From the NCBI GenBank assembly GCA_032718475.1, contig JAUCBJ010006616.1, positions 27,891 through 91,890 on the forward strand: a stretch of 64,000 nt of DNA. Reading direction: 5' to 3'. How positions within the stretch are numbered: the stretch's first letter is position 1; each line of letters begins with the position of its first letter. Below, in pieces: positions 45,201 through 57,200 of this stretch. A program made the translations under genes and the position numbers. The notes below the pieces were generated by a model. The model did not search any database and was not told the DNA's origin. It saw nothing but the letters and a program-made list of their open reading frames with translations. The DNA is from Nemertoderma westbladi (Eukaryota; Animalia; Xenacoelomorpha).

Positions 45201-48200
45201 GACACATCTCTGTTCCCTGAAGTGAAGACCATTTATGAAGAATTAAATATTGCTGACAGATTTTATACTCCAGTTGTGAAAGGTGATGCGTTAGAGTCCA
45301 CTTTATCTGAAGAAGAAACTGAACCAATTTCGGATTTGGAAAGTTACATAGAAAAAGCACCTGTAACTGTACCTATTTCTGCCACTGAAGGGGCAATTTC
45401 CACTGGAGTTCCTACAATTGAAACACATGATGTTGAATTTGTTGTTGACATTGGCAAAGTAGATGTGTGTGAAGCTGATGAAACAGAAACTGACAAGACT
45501 TTACAAATGTATGAAGAATCAACGGCGACCCCTATGTATTCGGAGATAGAAGTTGATACAAAAATAGTTTCAAGAGATGTATCAACTTTCTCTGTGGACA
45601 TTAAGGAAGATATTGATATATTTGCAGAACAGTCAAAATCTGTAGAGTACACAATTGATGTGAAAGACGACCAAATCTCAATGGAACAGGCGTCACCGAT
45701 CATCAGATTACCCGCAGAAAGTCAAATTGAGATTAAAGATGAATCAATGAATGAACTTCCTTTAGAAGAAGACACTTCTCTGTACCCTGAAGTGAAGACT
45801 ATTTCTGCAGATTTAAACATTGCTGACAGATTTGATACTCCAGTTGTAAAAGGTGATGCATTAGAGTCCACTTTATCTGAAGAAGAAACTGAACCAATTT
45901 CTGACTTGGAAAGTTACTTAGAAAAAGCACCTGTAACTGCACCTATTTCTGCCACTGTAGGGGCAATTTCCACTGGAGTTCCTACAATTGAAACACATGA
46001 TGTTGAATCTGTTGTTGACATTGACGAAGTTAATGTGTGTGAAGCTGATGAAACAGAAACTGCCAAGACTTTACAAATGTATGAAGAATTAACGTCGACC
46101 CCTATGTTTTCAGAGATAGAAGTTGATTCAAAAATAGTTTCAAAAGATGTATCAACTTTCTCTGTTGACATTAAGGAAGATATTGATATATTTGCAGAAC
46201 AGTCAGAGTCTGTAGAGTACACAATTGATGTGAAAGATGACCAAATGCCCATGGAGCAGGAGTCATCAATTATTAGATTACCCGCAGAAAGTCAAATTGA
46301 GATCAAAGATGAATCAATGACTGAACTTCCTTTAGATGAAGACACATCTCTGTACCCTGAAGTGAAGACCATTTCTGCAGAATTAAACATGGCTGGCAGA
46401 TTTGTTACTCCAGTTGTAAAAGGTGATGCGTTAGAGTCCACTTTATCTGAAGAAGAAACTGAACCAATTTCGGATTTGGAAAGTTACATAGAAAAAGCAC
46501 CTGTAACAGAACCTATTTCTGCCACTGAAGGGGCAATTTCCACTGGAGTTCCTACAATTGAATCACATGATGTTGAATGTGTTGTTGACATTGACGAAGT
46601 TGATGTGTGTGAAGCTGATGAAACAGAAACTGATAAGTCTTTACAAATGTATGAAGAATCAACGATGACCCCTATGTATTCAAATATAGAAGTTGAATCA
46701 AAACTTGTTTCAGAAGATGCATCAATTGTATCAGTTGAAATTAATGAAGACTTTGATATATTAGCAGATCAGTCCCAGTCAGTCGATATTACAGATGATA
46801 AATCATTTGATATATTTGATTTGAAGCATGTTCTTGAAACAGCTAATTGTGGTGTTTATGCTGTGGAAAATTTGACTGAAACGGATTGTGATATCGGGAT
46901 TGATTCTTATGAGTGGGTGTATTGCTCTAATCATGTTTTCAATGCTGCACTGATTTCAGAGCATACACCTCTTTATTTATGTCCTCCTACACATATTGAA
47001 TTACCTTGTGATATATTTTTTAATTACAATGACAGCATATATGCGATTCATAACAGCATTGCCTATGAAGAGATTATATCTGATGAAAATGTTAGAGATT
47101 TTTATGGAATTACTTATGAAAAATGTTTATTTGAAATAGTTGTAGGTTCTGTATTGGATAGTTTTTCAGTAAATAGTATTGATGCACCTGAGATATTGAC
47201 TCATTCTGAAATTGAAAATGGTATTATAATATCTGCTGGATCGGTTTCAAATGATCAGAATACTTTTGAGGTGGTTTTGGATAGTATACTGGATAATTTA
47301 TTATCAGAAGGCATGGTAGAAATGACCTGTGATGCTACAGAGGTTGTTACCCCATTTTCTTGTGAATTAGCTGCGACAGTCTCTTCTAAGGAGTCAATAC
47401 CACTTCAAATTGCCAATTTCGATACAACGGAAATATTGGGTTCATGCGATATTAAAGATTTTCCTGTGTTTGAAACTTTGACGGAATGTGGACCTTCACA
47501 AACCTGTACCCTTGAGTCTCATGATATGGATTCAAATCATATTGGGCTTGTATCTGTAGAAACTACTGAAATTCAAGGCATTGGTGTTGATGTTCATACT
47601 GTTGAAAGTGATACTGTTTTGCCACTTGAAATCGACATTGATTCTGGAAATATTTCTGAAATTAGATCATTTCTTCAAGCAGCTTTATCTGAAAAGCCTA
47701 TTATTAAAGGCTTCGGTTTGGCTAATCATTTATTTAGTACTACTGGTACAGGGTTGCTAATTAAGCCTTTAATCAATGAAGAGGCAATGATTTCTTCTGT
47801 TAGTGATGAAACGTTAGTTCCGATGGTTGAAGATAAAACTATTATTGGAGGTTTTGGAGCTGAATTGGAAACGGATGAATTTAACAATACCGTAAATTGG
47901 GATTTCCGTCAATGTAAAATGCAGCCCACTTTTAGGAACACTCGTAAAAGATTTCATATATCAACAGTCGAACCTGTACCAACCCATTGTGGAATGGCTC
48001 TGCAGCAACATATAATTATGCAACAGGCTGTTGATGATATTTCATCAATTCCATCTGCTGCAGAAACATCCTTAGAGGATATAATTTCACTACAACCTGA
48101 AATGGACTTTAAGACTATTGAAGAAACTTGTGTTAATGTTGAGCAAAGTGTACCACTGCATAAGTTGCATTTAGAACATGAAAGGAATCTTCAATTGTCA

Positions 48201-51200
48201 CCTACTGAAGCAACATGTGCGCAGACAACATGTGAACTTGTTCACTATATTGATGCTGAAGTATTGGATATTTTGGGTAATGTGCAACTTCATCGTACAC
48301 TTTCAGATGAAATTCATGATGAGGTGCAGTTTGCGGATAGTACCGGGGTATTTGTGGTTGAGGTTGGCTCCCCACAATTGGAAATGAAGCAAAAAAAGCC
48401 ACTTATTTCGATGGATATAGTTCCATATGAGCCTGAATATTATTCTTTGAATTTGTTAACTATTTATGACAAGATGATTAATGAAATTATTTATGATATT
48501 GCCATTACTGTTATTGAAGAATTGAAATATATTAGGCCACTTGTTGCTGAGATTGTTACAATTGAAGAGCCTCCCGACGAAGAACCAGATTTAATTAAGG
48601 ATGGTTTAAAATTGAATATTACAATTCTTGACAATATTAGTGTTGAATCTAGTATGTCACCAATTTCCTTACCAAATTCCCCAGAAAATGAATTTGAAGA
48701 TATTCCACTGGAAACTGTTATTATCCAAAGCTGCACACAGAATAACTATAGGGTGGAAGTATTATCACCAATATTGGTATCTAAGTTACAATCAATGAGA
48801 CGTGATAATGAGAGTTCAGGTACTGAATCTCCTTTCAGTATTAGCAGTATGGGAGAGTTAGCTGAGTATTTAAGTAATGGCATTTTGAGTGATGTTTTTT
48901 CACCTATATATCCACAATCATATGATAATATTATTGAAGAAACGGAAGATATACATTCTTGTAATGTTCAGGTAGTTTCGAGCGTTTCTCATGGCACTCC
49001 ATTACAGGGTATGGCAAAATGTTCTTCTACAACAACACAAGGATTTGGAAATCTCGAAGTTAGTAATATGGATGAGCATTCCAGCATCACCATTATAAAC
49101 CATCAGTTACAACATCCGTCTACAAGTTTCGAACTCAGCCAATTAGTGCATCACAAGACACATTTGCCATTCAAGGAAGGAGTGGCAACAGAACTAGTCA
49201 ATGTCGCGACTGTTCCTTCTCCAGAAGAGTTTGTTGATAACATACCCCTTTCTAAATGTTTCTGTAGAACAGAAGTAAATATGGCAGATAACCTACCATG
49301 TACGAACTCTGTGAAACAGATGGGTATGCCTGATGAATTGTATGAATCTATTGATGAAATGGCTGTCAATGTGAATGTTAAATCTGGTCATGTAACTTCT
49401 GCAATCAAGAGAAACAATTTAGATCAATGTACCCCGATTGTCCATACAAATGTTACTGAGGGCTTTGCTTGTGATGAGACACTATCATCTGATGAGGAAA
49501 CCGCGAATATCAGTTCGCTTGGTAATCGACCTGTAGTTTCGAGTCTTTCTCGGGAAGTATCATCTTTGGGTACTCAGCTGCAGCAAACATGTCCAATAGA
49601 GGGACTTCCTAAGTGTGAATCATATGAAATAGAGGATGCGCTTGAGACTCTTACAACAAGCAGTGAAGTTCTGCAGATGGCAAGCGAGTCTTTGGAGTAT
49701 GATAATATGTATCAATCTAGCTTGGCGAAAGCTGTTGCAGGTGGATTTCCAGAAGTTAATCAACAGGTATGGAGGGAAACGACCAAAATGCAATCATTTC
49801 CAACTCAATCTTTAATAGCTGGAGTGTCGTTAAACAAATCTTGTTTGCAGTCATCGAATTTAGAATATTGCACAACACACGGATTTGGTAAAGTAGACAG
49901 TGGTGAGCCGTGTGAAGTGATATTTGAAGATGAAAAAGGTTCAACTTCGCTTGCATCCTCAAATATTGAAGGTATCCATCTGGTAAGGCCATTGGTAAAC
50001 ACTGATGTGGTTAATGGCTTGGCAGAGATAGAGACAACGTCAGATGATTTTGTGACATGTGAAAAATCTATCCTGGAGGAAAGTTTATACTCAGCTAAAC
50101 AATGCAAGGAAGATCAGAGTACAATGAATGTGAAAGCACGCTCTGTATTAGTTGAAGGAAAGGGCGCTGTAGGGCTTCTGAATGCTCTTGATTCTGAAGC
50201 ACCTCCATTATTAGCAAGTGTAAGAAATCATTTTGCTCAACCTGCTGATATAGTAAGGTCAGAATTGAACTTTGCTAGAGCTATTGGTAACTGTATTTCT
50301 GGAATACCAAAATATGAACATTATTTGGCTACAGAAATGCCTATATATGGAATTCCTCATTTGAGAAAGGAGTATGCTTCTGTTGATAAACTCGCATTCC
50401 CTTCAAAGATGTCCATTACCACTGCCAACCCCATGACCCAAGAATGCATGGGAAGAGAAGATGTTACAGATTTGAACGACTCCATTAGTTATGTTTCTAA
50501 GATTAATGATGTTGTTTGTCAAAGTGTTTCTTCTAGCAACGTAACAGCCTTAAGAGAAAATGCCATCCAAGTTGCTCCTGTTGTGTCAGTTAGTAACAAG
50601 AGTTTTCACTCGATAATCAAACGTCAAGCTATACGCGAGAAACCAATTTTTATTAGTTACAAAGATCATAAATGGGAATTAAATGGTGAGTCATGTGCTG
50701 ATGATGTAAAGGAAGTAATGGGTCATGTGCCCGTCACAAAGCTAATTACACAGTATGAACACTTTCAGGCTCCTCCTATGTTTATTTCAGAACTTCCACA
50801 AGATCCTGTTGTAGTTGACATAGGTTCTCCTCTTGAAATCTCCGCCCATGTCATTGGCACTCCTGATACAAAGGTGGTTTGGATGAAAAAAGGAGAAATT
50901 GTCAAAAGTGGAGTTACTTGCGATGTCTCTCTTGAGTCATCAATACATACAAAATTGTTAATTAAAGATTCGGATGAATCTGATTCAGGTGAATATGAAT
51001 GTCATGCTTATTCATCGGAAGGTGAAGATGTGTTGTCCACTGTAATTCATATGGACCAGAGGCACCATGTCAAATCGGTGTCAGTTGGAGATTCTCCTAA
51101 AAAAGTACTTGTTGGTGAAGCCTTACCTAAAACAAAGGTTTTTAAAATGATTAGTAACCTATTCCATGTGTTAGTTGAAGAACAAAAGGTGATGAGGGCT

Positions 51201-54200
51201 GTATATGTTCCATCTGATGCTAGTAAAGATGATACAGACACCGAAGCGCACCCAAACAGGGCCAGGGAGCGATCTTCTCCAATAAGTGTACAAATTGTCG
51301 ATAGCATTGCTGATGTAATTTCACAAGGTATTCTTCACAGCTCATTGTTTCCGACCGATGTTGAAGTTCCAGTCTGGGAAACATTATCAACTTTAACGAA
51401 ACCCCTAACAAATGGACAACATAACATAATTCCATTGACACACAGCATGAAACAGTGGCTTCCATCATTAACAATACCTTTGAAACTCTGCTTTCAGGAA
51501 GTTGATAAATCAGATAGTGTCACTGACATGGTTGTTACTGAAGCAGGTCAACTACCTCAAACTGCGACTAATTATCAATATACAAATATCACAAGATTAG
51601 GCCCAACATTGCAGCATGGAGTAATTTCTCGATCTCTTTCACAATGTGGTGTTGGAAGAGAAGAGCTATGCGATACACCATCTTACTTTCAAACTGACGA
51701 AATTGATGATTTTTCAAAACCTGATAATTTAACATCATCTATTTCCCACATAGATAGTCTTAATGTTTCTAAAGATGTTAGGCCAACACAACAGTGCAAT
51801 GCATCACAGTTGTCCAGTGTAAGTGACTCATCCGCTGATGCAGAAGAATATATTGTTTATTACAATAACATTATTCCAAGACTAGTGGCTAACAATTGTA
51901 GGGAGCCGGAAATTGATGTGATGATTCCTAGCATAGCAGGAAAAGGACAGCAACAAATAGTCACGGAATATGATGATGATGTTTTACAGTTTCATTCAGA
52001 TGAAAAAGAATATAGTGCCAATGTAGACATTGAAAATAATTACTTTGGTATCCCTGACATCAGCAAGGACTTTCTTTTGGGATTGGGCTTACAAAGTGAA
52101 CAAATCGAGATGTTGGGTTCTACAGAAAAGTATATTGGGTCACGGGTTACTAAGATACAAAGCATCAAATGTGAAGAGGATGTTGAAATTAATAACTCAG
52201 TAGAAATGTCAACAGCACAAATGCATGGCACCTGCAACATTTCTCGATTATCTCCTAATCAGAATGAATTTACGGATATCAGTGATAAATTTCCTCTTGC
52301 TAATGTCGTACAATCCATTGAGAATGATTTGATGACTGAAGATAAAGTTATTAACATAACCCGAGCTATTGAAGCCATGCTTACAGAATGTGATGAGGTT
52401 AAACCCGAATTAGTAGAACTAAAAGGCTTTCAGATTCACTCCGCCATCGAAGAGAAACTAAGCTTACTAACGGTAGCGCAACAGCTTATGGATAAACAAT
52501 TGGATATTGAAAACTCTTTGAGGGATATCGAACAACAATTTGATGACAATCATAGTCAATCAGCGGATAGTTTGGAGGAGGAATATTGTGACCAACTTGA
52601 TGTAGAAGCTTTGGATTCTGAAGAATTTGACGAACTTGATAATATACTTTATTCAGATATTGGTAAAGCTGAACCTGTTTCACAATCTTTGAATAGCGTT
52701 GTCATTGATGATGGTGTTGTTGTTGACAGAAATATTGAATATGCGCACGAAGATACTATTCTATCCTTAGATTCACAGGAAGATATCACTAGTCCTCAAC
52801 CTGCATCTGTGACATCTGTTTCACTACAACCTCATCAAGACTTTTCTGTAGTGGAAATGCAAAAGGTTAGTTTGGTTTTCCTTACGCATTCAATTGACCC
52901 AGTCTGCTTTGCTGCAGATAAATGGACGCCTATTACCTCTGTCATTGAAGAATTTGGTGCAACGTTGTCGCAAAATATTTTAAATAGTATACTGCATGTC
53001 CCCGAAATAGAAAGCCACCTTGTTTCCACTGCTGTTGTATCTTCATTGGATGAGTTGGAACCTCATAGCGCGGAAATGACTCTTATTGTTCCGCATCCTC
53101 ATTTTGTTAAAGATGAGGAAGTCCTACAAATTGACATTGGAAGATGTGAAAAAGAAGTTAAGCACGTTGTAGAACAAACATTTATTTTTGGAGTTACATC
53201 CAGTGCAGAATTTGAACTAGAAAGGAAGATAATGCCCATCCGCACAATAATTGTGTCGGAATTACAAGATTATATTGATTTTAGAGCACCTTTTGAGATT
53301 GTAGTCTGTGCTTCTATCGTAGAAATTCAAGAGGAAGTTGGTCATCATAGTATTGTATTTGGTCCAACAATTAGTGAGTCATACAGCAAGATTATTCCAG
53401 AAATCTTAGAGTCATCAATGGGTGAAATATCTAGCAGCAGTTCTGATGCTGAAATAATTGAAACTGTAAATATTTGCACCATTACAAGTAATGATTGCCC
53501 TATAAATGATGAAGATGATCTATGTCATCCAATTATGGATATTACTGAATCACATATAGACGCAATGAAATTGCCTAAAGCTTTGTCTGTGTCAATTTCT
53601 TTACCGATTGATGAAGTATGTCCGTCGCCAAAAATGGTGGAGTTGTCATTTGAGGAGGGTGTTTCGGGAAGCCATATAGACTACCATTCTGTTGAAGAAA
53701 TGATGTGCTTAGACTCCACTACTACTGATGATTGTCTGTCATTCATTAATGTTAATGAGAACGTTTCAATTTTGAACATGGGTGGAGAAGAAGAGATTTT
53801 ACGTGAAGAATTATATCCTCAGAGTAGTTCACAATATATGACTGAAGAATTAGGCAAACCTTCTGAAATACCACCACTGCTTTCCGCAGAGTGCATTATT
53901 ACCACAGAATATTGCAAAGGAGAAGATGGGGATGACTATCCTCATGAGGACACACTTTGTGATGAGGGAGCTGGCCTACCAAGCGAAGATCATGCATATG
54001 TACTTCTAGAAGATACATGTGAACTCACTGCTATGTCTGCTAATGCATTGGTATGTGGGACTTACAAAAATGAAATTATTACAATAGAGGGAGATAATAC
54101 TTGCAATGATGATGGTAATATGATATTAGTTCCATGTACAACAGACGTTACGGAAGATATATTTGCTGATGCTTTAACTAGTGGAGACATATCTCAGGCA

Positions 54201-57200
54201 ACAATGCATGGGAGAAGTCAAACAGAAATTGTAGGTAACGATTGTGATTCCAATGAGCTTTTCCATGATGTTCATGATAAAGCGGGAAGGGCTCTGGGCA
54301 TTTCCCAAGAATTATTAACAACAGTGCCAGCTGAAACAGTTGTTTTAATGGCACCCAATGTTGAAGATAATATACCTCGAACAGATTTATTGCAAACCAC
54401 CATGGAATGGTCTGTTAGCAGCACAAAAGTATCTACTTGTATGGGTGTGGTAGATGAAGAAGGGCATGATATTGACTTGGGAGTTATTGAGCAGTTTGTA
54501 GCAGAAGCAGCTGTCCCCGTGTTGGAAACAATAAATGTTGTTTATGAGGAGAAATATTCTAATGTAGTTCTATGTCAACCAGTAGTTAGTGAAAGGGCCA
54601 TCGCCAGCAGTGAACCATCTGATTTGATACAACTGCCACATCTATTGCAAGTTGCAACATGCTATTATTTTCCAGATGACACTACCATAGAGTTAATCAA
54701 TACACACGGATGCAATGGCACATGTGTAGCAGCAACATCCACAGAGGAAGAATTTGTTCTTGCTATTACTTGTTCCGTTGTCTTATCGTTTTATGGTCTT
54801 GTTTTTGACGTTGATGACAGTAAACTTTCTGATGTTGGTGACACAGATGATGATAGTGATCATGAAGATAAACATGCAACCAAGGATGATACTCGAATTA
54901 TTTCTGAAGCAACATATAGGGACATCGATCGAATAGCGACGGATATATTGCATGTCGCTATGCAGGAAGTGGTAGAATATAGTCCTTCTGAGGGTCGGGA
55001 AGTAGACCATAAAGTTCCCCTTGATTCAACAGTCAATGTCGTTATGGTTATCGATGAAGAAATTATTCACGATTCGTCTGTCGCGGACAAAACAATTTCA
55101 TTGGAATTTTTTCCTCTCGATACCAGTATTGATAATGCTTTGAACTATGCTATGCTTAATGACATACCGGTTGAAAATGTAGCTGATAACATGCATGATA
55201 CTCGATATGAGGGTGAGTTTTGTTTTGAAGAAGATTTAGATATTGCTGTCATTACCATACCTCCGAACATTTTACTGTTACCAGTTATGGAGACATTACC
55301 AGAACTATCAGCTGTTATCCAAACTGATGTGCCACAACTAGTTGCTGAAACTGTGGAAATGGTATCGGATGAATTACTCACAGTTATTAATGACAAGGCT
55401 CTTGAGGATCTAGGACCGAAAGATTCAGAATTGGATGTAATTATGGTTGTTGATGAAGAAATTATTGAAGACAATGCGGTCTCTGATCAGAAAATTCCTT
55501 TGGAGTTTATTCCCATAGATAATATTGTTGATGTTGAACAAATTTATTTAAACTATGCTGTGCTTAATGACATACCGGTTGAAAATGTAGCTGATGACAT
55601 GCATGATACTCGATATGGGGGTGAGTTTTGTTTTGAAGATGATTTAGATATTGCTGTCATTACCATACCTCCGAATATTTTACTGTTACCAGATATGGAG
55701 ACATTACCAGAACTATCAGCTGTTATCCAAACTGATGTGCAACAACTAGTTTCTGATACTGCGGAGATGGTATCTGATGATTTACTCACAGTTATTAATG
55801 GCAAGACTCTAGAGGATCTAGAATCGAAAGATACAGTATTGGATGTAATTATGGTTGTTGATGAAGAAATTATTGAAGACAATGCGGTCTCTGATCAGAA
55901 AATTCCGTTGGAGTTTATTCCCATAGATAATATTGTTGATGTTGAACAAAGTTATTTAAACTATGCTGTGCTTAATGATATACCGGTTGAAAATGTAGCT
56001 GATAACATGCATGATACTCGATACGGGGGTGAGTTTTGTTTTGAAGAAGATTTAGATATTGCTGTCATTACCATACCTCCGAAAATTTTGATGTTACCAG
56101 ATATGGAGACATTACCAGAACTATCAGCTGTTATCCAAACTGATGTGCCACAACTAGTTGCTGATACTGTGGAGATGGTTTCGGATGAATTACTCACAGT
56201 TATTAATGACGAGGCTCTTGAGGATCTAGGACCGAAAGATTCAGAATTGGATGTAATTATGGTTGTTGATGAAGAAATTATTGAAGACAATGCGGTCTCT
56301 GATCAGAAAATTCCTTTGGAGTTTATTCCCATAGATAATATTGTTGATGTTGAACAAAGTTATTTAAACTATGCTATGCTTAATGACATACCAGTTGAAA
56401 ATGTAGCTGATAACATGCATGATACTCGATACGGGGGTGAGTTTTGTTTTGAAGAAGATTTAGATATTGCTGTCATTACCATACCTCCGAAAATGTTGAT
56501 GTTACCAGATATGGAGACATTACCAGAACTATCAGCTGTTATCCAAACTGATGTGCCACAACTAGTTGCTGAAACTGTGGAGATGGTTTCGGATGAATTA
56601 CTCACAGTTATTAATGACGAGGCTCTTGAGGATCTAGGACCGAAAGATTCAGAATTGGATGTAATTATGGTTGTTGATGAAGAAATTATTGAAGACAATG
56701 CGGTCTCTGATCAGAAAATTCCTTTGGAGTTTATTCCCATAGATAATATTGTTGATGTTGAACAAAGTTATTTAAACTATGCTGTGCTCAATGACATACC
56801 AGTTGAAAATGTAGCTGATAACATGCATGATACTCGATACGGGGGTGAGTTTTGTTTTGAAGAAGATTTAGATATTGCTGTCATTACCATACCTCCAAAT
56901 ATTTTGCTGTTACCAGATATGGAGACATTACCAGAACTATCAGCTGTTATCCAAACTGATGTGCCACAACTAGTTGCTGATACTGTGGAGATGGTTTCGG
57001 ATGAATTACTCACAGTTATTAATGACGAGGCTCTTGAGGATCTAGGACCGAAAGATTCAGAATTGGATGTAATTATGGTTGTTGATGAAGAAATTATTGA
57101 AGACAATGCGGTCTCTGATCAGAAAATTCCTTTGGAGTTTATCCCCATAGATAATATTGTTGATGTTGAACAAAGTTATTTAAACTATGCTATGCTTAAT

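Noticed and set aside
1-46790. Non-coding satellite DNA or CRISPR-like array
   Set aside because: Unit lengths are multiples of three, the frame is preserved, and there is no repeat-spacer structure.
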